DNA of 64,000 bases from Myxococcota bacterium (lineage in GTDB: Bacteria > Myxococcota_A > UBA9160 > UBA4427). The first letter of the stretch is position 1, and every line of letters starts with the position of its first letter. The stretch spans positions 4,346 through 68,345 of the forward strand of contig JAQWNI010000248.1 of the NCBI GenBank assembly GCA_029268645.1, read 5' to 3'. Below the pieces are notes generated by a model that was given only the letters and a program-made list of their open reading frames with translations, was not told where the DNA came from and searched no databases. Below are positions 9,787 to 20,165 of this stretch, piece by piece. The position numbers and the translations under genes were made by a program.

Positions 9787-10980
9787 TCAGATAGAGTCGG
9801 CCTTGCGATAAAGGGTGACGACCGCAGCTCCTCCCAGGCCCAAATTATGTTGGAGAGCGGCTCGTGGGTTTTCGACTTGGCGTTTTTCGGCATCTCCTCG
9901 AAGTTGCCAGGTGAGTTCGCAACATTGGGCGAGACCCGTGGCGCCCAGGGGATGTCCTTTAGAGATCAAGCCGCCAGAGGGGTTGACGACCACCTGCCCT
10001 CCATAAGTCTGAGCCCCCGAGTCGACAAATTCTCCCGCTTGGCCCTCCGGGCAAAGCCCGAGTGCTTCGTAGGTAATCAATTCGTTGCAGGAAAAGCAGT
10101 CATGCAGTTCGACGACGTCGATATTCTCGGGCCCGATGCCCGATTGCTCGTAGACCTTGTGTGCGGCGGCCTTTGTCATATCAGCACCGACCATCTTGAT
10201 CATGCTGCCTTCGTAAGAAGAGGGAAAGTCGGTCGTCATGGCCATGCCAGCAATTTCAACGGCCCGATCTTGGAGGCCATGTTTTCGCACGAAATCTTCG
10301 CTCGCGAGAACAGCGGCTCCCGATCCATCGGAAGTCGGGCAGCATTGAAGCTTAGTGAGAGGGCCAAAGACTTGCGGAGCGTTCTTGATATCTTCGAGGC
10401 TGTATTCGTCCTGAAATTGCGAGTACGGGTTGTTGACTGAATGCTTGTGGTTCTTCCACCCAATCTTCGCGAAGTGTTCGGGGGTCGTTCCGTATCGTTC
10501 ATTATGCTCAAGGCCGGCATTCCCAAACATTTGAGGCGCGGCGGGAGCTTGGGCGAAGCCATGGCGATCAACCATCACTTGGAAGTGTTTGTCCAGGGCG
10601 ATCGTGCGATCCGTGTACTTCATGCCGAGAGAACCCTTTTCCATCTTCTCGAACCCAAGTGCCATCACGCAATCGGCGAGTCCCCCCTCGACAAACTGCT
10701 TCGCCATAAATAGGGCTGTTGAACCCGTGGAGCAGTTGTTGTTGACGTTGTAGATGGGAATGCCCGAGTGACCGAGTTCGTAAAATGCGCGTTCTCCGCA
10801 AGTGGAATCTCCATAGCAGTACCCTACGGCGGCCTGTTCGATTTCTTCGAACGAAATGCCGGCATCTTCGATGGCTTTGTTGCCAGCCTCCCGCGCCATG
10901 TCGGGGTAGTCCCAGTCTCGACTTCCAGGTTTTTCGAATGCCGTCATGCCTACGCCGACCACATACACTTTTCGACTCAT
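9787..10980 (-). CDS. SCP-x-type thiolase (lipid-transfer protein)
   Basis: [40 protein letters not shown]. Confidence 0.95.
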   Translation of the reverse strand: MSRKVYVVGVGMTAFEKPGSRDWDYPDMAREAGNKAIEDAGISFEEIEQAAVGYCYGDSTCGERAFYELGHSGIPIYNVNNNCSTGSTALFMAKQFVEGGLADCVMALGFEKMEKGSLGMKYTDRTIALDKHFQVMVDRHGFAQAPAAPQMFGNAGLEHNERYGTTPEHFAKIGWKNHKHSVNNPYSQFQDEYSLEDIKNAPQVFGPLTKLQCCPTSDGSGAAVLASEDFVRKHGLQDRAVEIAGMAMTTDFPSSYEGSMIKMVGADMTKAAAHKVYEQSGIGPENIDVVELHDCFSCNELITYEALGLCPEGQAGEFVDSGAQTYGGQVVVNPSGGLISKGHPLGATGLAQCCELTWQLRGDAEKRQVENPRAALQHNLGLGGAAVVTLYRKADSI

Positions 10981-11127
10981 CTGGGACTCCTTCGCGGATG
11001 TATACCGAAACTCATAGCGACTGTTAGAAACACCCAGAGCCTAGCAATCGCATCTCGGCATTGCTGTGGGGGTGGGTGTCGTGCAATTAGCCCGGGCTTT
11101 CTCTAGCCTGGGGAAACGAGGAAGGAG

Positions 11128-11556
11128 GTGAGTGTGGCGACTCTTTTTACCCAGATTATTGAAGGTCATCTCCCCGCTCATTTTGTATGGCGAGATCCAG
11201 TCTGTGTCGGATTCCTTTCCATTGCGCCTCTCAAGCCGGGGCACACCCTGGTGGTTCCCAGAGCAGAAGTGGATCACTGGCTCGACTTGGATCCGGATTG
11301 CGTCGCGCATTTGTCCGTTGTGGCGCAGAAGATCGGGAAGGCTCAGATGCAGGCCTATCAGCCGGTGCGCATCGGAACGATGGTTTTGGGGCTGGAGGTC
11401 CCTCATGTGCACGTCCATGTGGCTCCGATCTGGAATCCGACGGATCTCGATTTTCAGAATGCTCAGTCGAATACGTCTCAGGAGGAGCTGGCACGGGAGG
11501 GCTCCGTGCTTCGTCAAGCACTCCGTGAACTGGGGTATGCTGAAGTCAGCGAGTGA
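11128..11556 (+). CDS. HIT family nucleotide hydrolase
   Basis: GHTLVVP and histidine triad HVHVH. Confidence 0.92.
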   Translation: MSVATLFTQIIEGHLPAHFVWRDPVCVGFLSIAPLKPGHTLVVPRAEVDHWLDLDPDCVAHLSVVAQKIGKAQMQAYQPVRIGTMVLGLEVPHVHVHVAPIWNPTDLDFQNAQSNTSQEELAREGSVLRQALRELGYAEVSE

Positions 11557-11565
11557 TGGGAGTGC

Positions 11566-12333
11566 TCAGCGCCCTTCGAAATGGGGGACCTGCCTCTTCG
11601 CCATGGCGCGGACGCCCTCTCGAAAGTCTTCCGTCTTTTGAAGTCGGGCCTGCTCTGCTGCCTCGCGCTCGATGGCGACGCGAATCGCCCCAGGCAGATC
11701 TCCCCTGAGCGTTTGGCGAATGGAGTGGACGGCGAGGGGCGCGGAGCTCGCGATTTCTCGAGCAAACGCACGGGCCTCTTCACGGAGCGTGGATTGCGTA
11801 GCGAGCCGATCGCAGAGACCCAACTGCAGCGCCTCCTGACCGGGAACGCGACGCCCTGTGTAGAGCATTTCCTGGGCGGCCTGGGCCCCCACGAGTTGTG
11901 GAAGGGTGATCGATAAACCAAAACCCTGATGGAAACCCAGCCGGGCAAAGTTGGCGCTGAATCGAGATTCTGGGGCAGCAACCCGAAAATCGGGCATCAG
12001 AGCGAGGCCCAGCCCTCCGCCTACGGCGGCGCCTTGGATCGCGGCGATCACGGGGGGGCCGGGGGCGAACAGACGGATTGCTGCTTCGTAGAGTCGCCGG
12101 GTGTCGTCTTCTCCGCCTTGGCTCAAATTGGCGCCGGCACAAAAATGCTTGCCCTCTGAGCACAGAATGATGACGCGACATTCTGATGTGCCGAGCCGTT
12201 CGAAGGCCTCGGCGAGGGATTCGATCAAGTGACTGTCAAAGAAGTTCTCGGGTGGTCTGCACAGTTCGACCTCGGCGACGTAGTCTGAACCCAGCTTGAC
12301 GCTGACATCGCCAATTTTTTCGAAGGTTTCCAT
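11566..12333 (-). CDS. Enoyl-CoA hydratase/isomerase family protein
   Basis: HFCAGANL, GAAVGGGLGLAL, EDFREGVRA. Confidence 0.92.
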   Translation of the reverse strand: METFEKIGDVSVKLGSDYVAEVELCRPPENFFDSHLIESLAEAFERLGTSECRVIILCSEGKHFCAGANLSQGGEDDTRRLYEAAIRLFAPGPPVIAAIQGAAVGGGLGLALMPDFRVAAPESRFSANFARLGFHQGFGLSITLPQLVGAQAAQEMLYTGRRVPGQEALQLGLCDRLATQSTLREEARAFAREIASSAPLAVHSIRQTLRGDLPGAIRVAIEREAAEQARLQKTEDFREGVRAMAKRQVPHFEGR

Positions 12334-12392
12334 GGCCCTAACCTCGCTCGCTTCATTCGCTGCCGTCGTACTAGCGATTCGTAAGATGGCTT

Positions 12393-13559
12393 TTAACGAG
12401 GCAAACCGACAAGTTGACGCGCCATAATGACGCGTTGGATCTGTCCCGTTCCCTCCACGATGTCCATAGCCTTGGTATCGCGGTAGAGTTTTTCGATGAG
12501 GTGCGTTCCGGTGCCCGCCACATTTCCAAGGATTTCGAGACCGAGCCCCGCGGCTTGCTGTGAAACTTGGGCCCCTAAGGCCTTGGCCATCGAAGCCTCC
12601 ATGACGTTTGGGCGTTGCTGATCCACCAACCAGCAGGCGCGCAGGCAGATCAATCGTGCACTACGGATTTTTCGGCTCATGCACTCGATCCGATCTCGGA
12701 TGCGCTCCCGTTTTATCAAACCCGTCTCTTGGGCGAAGTGTATCGCCTCGTCCAAAGCGGCCCGACCCATGCCGACCGCCATCGCGCCGATAATCGGTCT
12801 GCCGGCGTTGAATGTCCGCATCGCGGTTTTAAAGCCCGCTTGGCCTTTTGGTCGGCTTTCTCCTCCAAGAAGATTCTCCAAAGGGACTCGGCAGGATTGC
12901 AAGGTGAAGGAGGTCGATTCGTACGCTTTGAGTCCCATTTTTTTCTCGATTTTGAAATCACCCAGCCCCGGGGTGCCTTGTTCGACGAAAAAAGATCGCT
13001 GGGCGTTCCGCCCCTGGCTGGCATCCAATGTGGCTTGGACGAGAATCCAGTCAGATCGACTCGCGCCCCCAATAAAGCATTTAGCGCCATTGAGAACCCA
13101 GGCGTGGCCGTCTTTATGGGCGGTTGTTTTGATGGCCGCTGCGTCCGATCCGGCGCTGGGCTCCGTCATGGCGAAGCAGGCCCAGCGCGGGCGATCGGGT
13201 TCGATAAAGGGCCCCAGGTATTTCTCTTTTTGTTCTTCTGTTCCCTGGGCCAGGACACTGGCTTCAGGCAGTCCTGGCCCTGGGTTGGCCACCATGACCC
13301 CCCGATCCCAATAAGCGCCTTCCTCGGCGAGCCACATGGCGTGAACGGCCGCTCCGGGCCTGCCTGCGGCTGATGCTCCCGGCCGCCATTTCGTCCGGCC
13401 CTCGCCGTGCTCAAGGCTGCGATGAAAATACGGATGGTCGACAGGGAGAGGGCTTCCGAGGCGGTCGGCCTCGAGGCCCGCGGGCCTCATCGCATCGCGG
13501 CCCCACTTGCGAACTTCCTCGACGGCCTTCAGGGTTTCCTGGGGAATTAAAAAATCCAT
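12393..13559 (-). CDS. Acyl-CoA dehydrogenase (catalytic subunit, FadE23-like)
   Basis: FAMTEPSAGSD, LNGAKCFI, DIVEGTGQIQR. Confidence 0.9.
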   Translation of the reverse strand: MDFLIPQETLKAVEEVRKWGRDAMRPAGLEADRLGSPLPVDHPYFHRSLEHGEGRTKWRPGASAAGRPGAAVHAMWLAEEGAYWDRGVMVANPGPGLPEASVLAQGTEEQKEKYLGPFIEPDRPRWACFAMTEPSAGSDAAAIKTTAHKDGHAWVLNGAKCFIGGASRSDWILVQATLDASQGRNAQRSFFVEQGTPGLGDFKIEKKMGLKAYESTSFTLQSCRVPLENLLGGESRPKGQAGFKTAMRTFNAGRPIIGAMAVGMGRAALDEAIHFAQETGLIKRERIRDRIECMSRKIRSARLICLRACWLVDQQRPNVMEASMAKALGAQVSQQAAGLGLEILGNVAGTGTHLIEKLYRDTKAMDIVEGTGQIQRVIMARQLVGLPR

Positions 13560-14641
13560 TATTCCCCCTCCCCGGTAGGCATCGCGATGTCTAAGGGGGG
13601 GGCACCGGCCTCCAATTTTCGGCCGGCGGTTTCGAGAGCCGCGTCAAGGCCCCCGGCCATGAGTCCCAGCGTACGGACCTCTCTCATGTGTTTCTCGACG
13701 GGGTAATCCGCCATGAATCCATGGCCGCCCAAGATTTGGACCCCAGATGGGCCGATCCAACGTGCAGATTCGATGCACTCGATGAGAGCCGATGCGCTCT
13801 CCAGACTGGCCTCTTCGCCTTGATCAAGTCGCCATGCGGCTTCGTGCACCAAGAGGCGAGCAGCCTCTAGAGCCATATTCATTTCGACAATCAAAAAAGC
13901 CAGCCCCTGGTGATGCGCAATGGGTTTTCCAAAAGTCTCGCGTTCTCCGGCGTAGCGACGAGAAAAATCGCAGGTCGCCCGAAGAACACCCAGCATCATC
14001 GAGGCCACCCAAAGCCGGCTCCGAGCTTGAGCTCGACTGGCGGCCGCAGGGTCAGTCCAATGCTCCGTTGCGAGAGCGTCTGTCAGGGTCAGCGCACTTG
14101 CTCCCGCGGCCCTGAGCCCCGAAGCGGGAAGCGGCTGCGTTTCGATTCCGTCCACGACCAAGCAGGCGCGGGTGGGGCCCAGCAGCATCAACGCCGCAAC
14201 ATCTTGAGCGGGAACCCAATCAACATGTAGAGAAATGGGTTGGTGGGGATCGCGATCGGTTTCTTCGATGACTAAAACCACGCGCCGAGGGATGGAGCCG
14301 TTACAGAGATCTTGCAGATGGGCGACAGCCGCCGCGCCTTGAAATTCGAGGGCTGGATACAGGGCCGGGCCCAGTCGGTCTAAGGCGATGGCCGCGCCGA
14401 CGTCACAGGCGGCTAGTTCTTCGTTGACGAGGCATTTTGCAAGAGAGCCGAGTTCCGCACCTTCGAGCGAGTCGGGTGTTTCGAGATCTGCGAGTCCCAT
14501 TTCCGTGTAAGCATCTTGAAGATTGTCTCCGACGCTTCGCTGATGCTCATGCACTCGCTCGTTGCTCGCCAGTTTTTGAGCCCCAAAGAGTGCCGTGGTT
14601 TCGACCAAAAGGTGGAGTTCGTCCTCGATCCGGAAGTCCAT
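13559..14641 (-). CDS. Acyl-CoA dehydrogenase-like partner subunit (FadE24-like)
   Basis: RETFGKPIAHHQG and GGHGFMADYPVEK; degenerate N-terminal half; stop overlaps the next start. Confidence 0.85.
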   Translation of the reverse strand: MDFRIEDELHLLVETTALFGAQKLASNERVHEHQRSVGDNLQDAYTEMGLADLETPDSLEGAELGSLAKCLVNEELAACDVGAAIALDRLGPALYPALEFQGAAAVAHLQDLCNGSIPRRVVLVIEETDRDPHQPISLHVDWVPAQDVAALMLLGPTRACLVVDGIETQPLPASGLRAAGASALTLTDALATEHWTDPAAASRAQARSRLWVASMMLGVLRATCDFSRRYAGERETFGKPIAHHQGLAFLIVEMNMALEAARLLVHEAAWRLDQGEEASLESASALIECIESARWIGPSGVQILGGHGFMADYPVEKHMREVRTLGLMAGGLDAALETAGRKLEAGAPPLDIAMPTGEGE

Positions 14642-14675
14642 GCGTTCGTGCCTCACTCTGATTGAGCATTTCATA

Positions 14676-16676
14676 TTACAGCGTCATGGAGGGGGGCGGC
14701 GGATCGATGCCCAGCGTCTGCATATTGATGTAGTGACGATATCGTCCTTCGGGGAGGTTCATCAGCGTATCGTGATCCCCCCGTTCGATGATCCGGCCGT
14801 CTTCAACAAATAGAATCTGATCGGCTTCCCGGATCGTTGATAAGCGGTGCGCGATGACGAGCACGAGACGCGTTTGGCTTGCTTCGCGTAGAGCCGTGAC
14901 AAGCTTCTGCTCGGTCTCCGGGTCGAGTGCGGAAGTCGGCTCGTCGAGAATGAGGATGGGCGTATCGCGAACGAGCGCTCGGGCGATTGCGATCCGCTGC
15001 CTCTGTCCCACGGATAGCTTGCCGCCTCCTCGACCGAGTCGGGTTTGGTATCCGTCTGGTAAGGCTTGGATGAAATCAGATGCTCCGGCTAGACGGGCTG
15101 CTTCGCGAATTTCGGTCTCCGTGGCCTCTGGCCGACCCAGCTTGATGTTGTCTGCGATGGTGGCATCAAAAAGAATTGTTTCCTGGAAGACGAATGATAT
15201 TTGAGACCGGAGTGAGTCGAGGGAGTATTCCGCGACGTTCTGTCCATCGATGAGCACGCGACCCAGGTCCGGAGTGATAAAACGAGGGATAAGGTGAGCG
15301 ATGGTTGTCTTTCCAGCCCCTGCGGGTCCCGCGAGGGCGATGACTTGGCCTCGCTGCGCGGTCAGGTCGACTTGGTCAAGGGTCAGTCGCCCCGCTTCAT
15401 ACGCAAAGGAAACCTCCTGGATTTCCAGTTTGTCCTGAAGAGGTCGGAGAGCGCTGTCTGGGTCAACGTCTCGTTCCGAAGGAGCATCCATCAGAAAGAA
15501 AACCCGATTGAGACCCGTCGAGTCGCCTTGTAGGCGAATCCAGAGGGCTCCGAGCTCGATGCTGGCGCTGGCAATGCCGATGAAGAAGGGCAGGAGTACC
15601 GCAAAATCGCCCGGACTGTAGAGACCGTCGACGATTCCATCACCGACATAAAGAAAGACGTAAATCACAAGACCTGCGCCAAAGACGGCTGCAACAGAGT
15701 AGGTAATGAGGTCGATGAGAATTTTGAGACGGTATTGTTTGAAAGAATCCGCGCTGTCAGCGTCGAACCGGGTCCGTTCTCGTTCTTCCCCGCCCAGGCT
15801 CTGAACAGCCAGAACATTTGACATGGATTCTTCGATGGCAGAAGTCGTCGTCGCGCCGGCCCGACGGCTTCGGCTTGCGTAAAGGCGTTGCAAGCCCGCG
15901 AAAGGCAGGGTCGGGACCAGTGCAACCAGCATAAAGGCGAGGCCCGCAAAGATGATGGGGGAGACCCATCCGTAGACCAACCCCAAAATCCATACGCTGA
16001 GGAAGATGTATAAGGGAGAGGCCAAGGGCGTCAGAATTAACGCGTAGCAAGCCTGGGTAATCGCTGTGGTGTCGTACATCACTCGATAGACAGCGTCGCC
16101 GATGCGTTCATCGTCGAGGCTCGTCATCGGCAAAGATTGAATTCGACCGAATAGCTGAGTCCGGTAGTGATGGTTGAACTTTTGAGTCAATTTCATCGTG
16201 AAGCGGTAGTCGAGCAATCCGAATAGGCCCCCGACGAGGCTGAAGCCCGAATTGGCTTCGTTCTCCGTGCGCGTCGCGGTGTCCCAACCTTGGGGGATCC
16301 CGTTGCTGTTCGCGCTGTCGCGCTCACGGGAGGCGATTCCGAAGGCTCCGATTGCGACCAGCAAGACAAATTGGGCGCCGATTGTCCAAACGAGGACCGC
16401 GGTCGGCGAAAGTTCCGATGCCAGCTGGATCAATGGCTCAAGAAAAAAGGGGTAGGGCCTTGGCTGATCACCAAAGGGGATGCCGCGAATGACGTGGTCA
16501 ACGAGAATCTTTGTTGGCCACGGCAAGAGCATCATAGGGACGAAGCTGAAAAGAAGTAAGGCAAGCTTGATGCCAAAGTCCCGACGAAACGGGCGGACGT
16601 ATCGGAGCGCTCGCACGATTGTCTGAGCGGCGGCCAAGCCACTTTGCTTTTCTTCCTCCTGAAACGGACGGGCCAC
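14676..16676 (-). CDS. ABC exporter, fused TMD-NBD
   Basis: GPAGAGKTT, LSVGQRQR, ILDEPTSALD, AHRLS. Confidence 0.93.
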   Translation of the reverse strand: MARPFQEEEKQSGLAAAQTIVRALRYVRPFRRDFGIKLALLLFSFVPMMLLPWPTKILVDHVIRGIPFGDQPRPYPFFLEPLIQLASELSPTAVLVWTIGAQFVLLVAIGAFGIASRERDSANSNGIPQGWDTATRTENEANSGFSLVGGLFGLLDYRFTMKLTQKFNHHYRTQLFGRIQSLPMTSLDDERIGDAVYRVMYDTTAITQACYALILTPLASPLYIFLSVWILGLVYGWVSPIIFAGLAFMLVALVPTLPFAGLQRLYASRSRRAGATTTSAIEESMSNVLAVQSLGGEERERTRFDADSADSFKQYRLKILIDLITYSVAAVFGAGLVIYVFLYVGDGIVDGLYSPGDFAVLLPFFIGIASASIELGALWIRLQGDSTGLNRVFFLMDAPSERDVDPDSALRPLQDKLEIQEVSFAYEAGRLTLDQVDLTAQRGQVIALAGPAGAGKTTIAHLIPRFITPDLGRVLIDGQNVAEYSLDSLRSQISFVFQETILFDATIADNIKLGRPEATETEIREAARLAGASDFIQALPDGYQTRLGRGGGKLSVGQRQRIAIARALVRDTPILILDEPTSALDPETEQKLVTALREASQTRLVLVIAHRLSTIREADQILFVEDGRIIERGDHDTLMNLPEGRYRHYINMQTLGIDPPPPSMTL

Positions 16677-16679
16677 GCG

Positions 16680-18689
16680 TCAGGGCTCCCGAGCCGAAGG
16701 GTTTGCTGGGCGTTGTGGACGATTTTTTCCAGCTTCAATTTCGAAGAGCCTGCGGTAGATACCGCCTTCTTTCTTGAGCAGGTGCTGTGGTTCGCCCCAC
16801 TCCGCCAGCCGGGCGTCTCGGATGACGGCGACTCGGTCAGCGCGTCGAACCGTCGAGAGGCGGTGGGTGATCAAAAAGATGACGCGACCTTCTCCCCATC
16901 GAGCCAGGTTCTCGAGGACCCTATGTTCTGTTGCTGCGTCCAGTGAGGCGGTTGGTTCGTCGAGGATGAGAATCGGCGTATCCTTGAGGATGGCTCTGGC
17001 GATCGAGATTCTCTGCCTCTGGCCGGTGGAAAGCTTGGCTCCACGTTCACCGAGCTGGGTGTTGTAGGCCTCGGGGAGCGCCTCGATGAACTCCTCCGCG
17101 CAGGCGATTCGAGCCGCTCGACGAACGGATTCGTCGCTTGACCCCGGGACGGCATACCGGATATTTTCACCGACCGTGGTTCCAAAGAGGACGTTTTCTT
17201 GGAGCGCGATGGATACGTTTTTCCTCAGGCTCTCGAGAGTGAATTGACGGATGTCGCAGCCATCGACCTCGATCCCACCCTCGTTGGGATCATACAGTCG
17301 AAGAAGAAGGTTCATCAGGGTGCTCTTGCCGGAACCCGTCGGTCCGACGATGGCCACGATTGAGCCCGTAGGCACATCGAAGTCGATCTGGTCGAGAATG
17401 AGTTTCTCGGCTTCGTAGCCGAACGAGACATCGCGATAGCGTATTCCTTGACGAATCGGCGGCATGCTCACGGCGTCTTGAGCGTCCTCGACTTCTGTTT
17501 CTAGATCGAGTAATTCGAAAGTTCGATCGAGTCCCGTCGCGACGTCTTGGACCGTTCCCCAAAGGTCAAGGAGGTGATGCTGAGAATGAGCGCCATCGCC
17601 AAAACGATCTTTGAAGTTGTTGTAGAAGCCGAGATTCCAGACCCCAGAATTGGCTGCGGCGAATCCCATGCTGATCATGAATTGCTCGCCATAAAGAGGC
17701 GCATCGGCTGAGGACAGGCCTGTTGCAATGCCGATTCCAGAGACGAGGGCCAATCCGACACACCAAAAGGTGAGTACTTTGAAGCCGACAAATCGATTCC
17801 GGGCGACGTAGGCCGCTCGGAAAGCTTCTTGGGAAGCTTGGGCGAAGCGGTCCTGTTCCGCCCCCTCGGCTCCGTAGGCCTTGATAGTTTTGAGGCCAGC
17901 CAAGGTTTCCTGAATGATTGAGGTTAGGCGGCTATTCGCCTCGCGGGCTTGGCGAAAGCCTACTCGCATGGGTCTTGCGAAGCGGTGGCCCAAGTAGAGT
18001 AAAGGTGGCCACGCCAGCAGCAGAAGGAGGGCAAGTCGAGGGTCCCAGAGAAAAATTAGGCCGAGGGTAAAGATGAAGCGGCTGATGCTTTCCAGAGGAC
18101 TCAGGAAAAGCACGTTGATCAACTGTGTCACCATCGCACTGTCCTGAAACAGTCGGTATATCGAATCGCCCACTCTCTGCTCGTCGTGGAAGCGGAGCGA
18201 AAGAGTCTGCAATTTTTCGATCATGAGCATACGCAGATTCTGGTTGACTCGTTGTAAAATCCAAATTCGCCAGTAGGTGAGTCCGATGAAGATGGGCGTC
18301 AAGGCGAGAAGGAGACCGCTCACACTCCAGACGAGATGGCGGAGCACCTCCTTTCGAGCGGGGTCGGTGAGTCTGCTTTCGCTGGAGAACCGCTCGGGGT
18401 TCAATCCAATCATTGTGGCTTGGAGATCGGAGAGCGGCGCACCCTCGAGGACGCCGTTCCAAAAGATATTGACCACATTAATCACAGGGATCGCGAAAAG
18501 AGCGATCAGAAGAGCCCCGCACGCAACCAGACCTGCAAGGGACCCCCGAACCGTTCGCAGCAGGGGGAGGCAGCGCCAGAGGAGTCGAAGGATCAAGCCG
18601 AACGAGAGAGAGTCAGCGTGGCCGCCTCGGCCGAGCTGGGCGAACTCCTGATAGCGAGCCGTTTTGTCCGGGGCAGTTGAGTCGCTCAC
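16680..18689 (-). CDS. ABC exporter, fused TMD-NBD
   Basis: GPTGSGKST, LSTGQRQR, ILDEPTASLD, THRLS. Confidence 0.93.
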   Translation of the reverse strand: MSDSTAPDKTARYQEFAQLGRGGHADSLSFGLILRLLWRCLPLLRTVRGSLAGLVACGALLIALFAIPVINVVNIFWNGVLEGAPLSDLQATMIGLNPERFSSESRLTDPARKEVLRHLVWSVSGLLLALTPIFIGLTYWRIWILQRVNQNLRMLMIEKLQTLSLRFHDEQRVGDSIYRLFQDSAMVTQLINVLFLSPLESISRFIFTLGLIFLWDPRLALLLLLAWPPLLYLGHRFARPMRVGFRQAREANSRLTSIIQETLAGLKTIKAYGAEGAEQDRFAQASQEAFRAAYVARNRFVGFKVLTFWCVGLALVSGIGIATGLSSADAPLYGEQFMISMGFAAANSGVWNLGFYNNFKDRFGDGAHSQHHLLDLWGTVQDVATGLDRTFELLDLETEVEDAQDAVSMPPIRQGIRYRDVSFGYEAEKLILDQIDFDVPTGSIVAIVGPTGSGKSTLMNLLLRLYDPNEGGIEVDGCDIRQFTLESLRKNVSIALQENVLFGTTVGENIRYAVPGSSDESVRRAARIACAEEFIEALPEAYNTQLGERGAKLSTGQRQRISIARAILKDTPILILDEPTASLDAATEHRVLENLARWGEGRVIFLITHRLSTVRRADRVAVIRDARLAEWGEPQHLLKKEGGIYRRLFEIEAGKNRPQRPANPSAREP

Positions 18690-18723
18690 GATTCAGTCGG
18701 GGAAATGAAAGTTAGAAGCCGAC

Positions 18724-19893
18724 CTAAAGGGCACGCATTCCAGTGACGTGTTCGCCCAAAATGAGCGTATGAATGTCATGTGTGCCCTCATAAGTGCGGA
18801 CAGTCTCAAGATTCATCATATGCCGCATACTCTGATAATCGTCGACGATCCCATTGGCTCCCAGCAGGTCACGAGCCTCGCGAGCGACTCGCAACGCGAT
18901 GTCGACGTTGTTGCGCTTAATCATTGAGACCATCGAATGGTGGAGTTGTCCGGCATCTTTGATGCGTCCGACCTGGAGTGCGAGCAGTTGCGCTTTGGTG
19001 ATTTCGGTAATCATCTCAGCAAACTTCATTTGAGTCAGTTGTTTACTGGCCAACGGGCCGCCCTGGACGATGCGATCGCGTGAGTATTGGACGGCCTCAT
19101 CGAAGCACGCCATCGCCGCGCCCGTGACGCCCCAGGCAATGCCATAGCGAGCTTGGGTGAGGCATCCGAGGGGACCACCCAACCCCTTGGCCCCCGGCAG
19201 CTGGTTTTCTTCAGGGATCTCGACGTTTTCAAGGAAGAGCTCGGATGTGACGCTCGCCCGTAGTGAAAATTTCCCCTTGATGTCCCGAGCTTCGAACCCG
19301 GCGCGGTCCGTTTCGACCAGGAATCCGCGGACCCCATCGTCTGTAACCGCCCAAACGACGGCGACGTGGGCCAGCGAACCGTTTGTGATCCATCGTTTAA
19401 CCCCGTTGAGAACCCAGCCTTTCCCCTTTCGTTCAGCTCGGGTCGTCATCCCGGAGACAAAGCTCCCGTGGTCCGGTTCGGTCAGGCCGAAGCATCCGAT
19501 GACCTCGCCCGCGGCCATCGGCGGGAGCCATCGTTCTTTCTGTTCCTCGCTCCCGTAAGCGTGAATGGGGTACATGCAGAGGGCGCCCTGGACGGAGGCA
19601 AACGAGCGAAGCCCGGAGTCACCCCGTTCGAGTTCTTGCATCAGCAGGCCATAGGCCACGTTATTCATGCCTGCACATCCATACCCCCTCAGGTTTGCGC
19701 CAAACATGCCGAGTTCGGCCATTTCAGGGACAAGTTCCATCGGGAAGGATCCATCTTGGCGGATATGATCCTGAATTCGAGGGAGAAATTCTCCGCTCAC
19801 CCAGGCTCGGGCCGAGTCTCGAATGAGGCGCTCTTCTTCCGCGAATTGGGTTTCGTCGAGTTTTAGAAAATCGGGCGCTTCGAACGCAGGCAT
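18724..19893 (-). CDS. gcdH: Glutaryl-CoA dehydrogenase-like acyl-CoA dehydrogenase
   Basis: ELERGDSGLRSFASVQ, GCFGLTEPDHGS, TYEGTHDIH; ATG at 19893 with GGAG RBS. Confidence 0.82.
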   Translation of the reverse strand: MPAFEAPDFLKLDETQFAEEERLIRDSARAWVSGEFLPRIQDHIRQDGSFPMELVPEMAELGMFGANLRGYGCAGMNNVAYGLLMQELERGDSGLRSFASVQGALCMYPIHAYGSEEQKERWLPPMAAGEVIGCFGLTEPDHGSFVSGMTTRAERKGKGWVLNGVKRWITNGSLAHVAVVWAVTDDGVRGFLVETDRAGFEARDIKGKFSLRASVTSELFLENVEIPEENQLPGAKGLGGPLGCLTQARYGIAWGVTGAAMACFDEAVQYSRDRIVQGGPLASKQLTQMKFAEMITEITKAQLLALQVGRIKDAGQLHHSMVSMIKRNNVDIALRVAREARDLLGANGIVDDYQSMRHMMNLETVRTYEGTHDIHTLILGEHVTGMRAL

Positions 19894-20165
19894 GGGGTTC
19901 TCCGAGAGGGCTTGAGCGGTCGCTTTGGGGCGGGCCCGGGGCAGGGGGTCACCGTGAGTGAAGTGACGCTGTTCTCGAATAGTAGCCGATTCGGACTGGG
20001 GTGAATTTCCGGTTGATGGCCGCCGTGGCGGGATCGCGGGGGGCTGGGCTTCCCAACGCAGAGAGGGCCTGATGGCTATGCCACCAGACCCTCTGAAACG
20101 CACTCATTTGCGACAGACCGGATGCGGCGGTCCGCCGCAAAATGAGCTTTGCGCGGTTTACGCCG

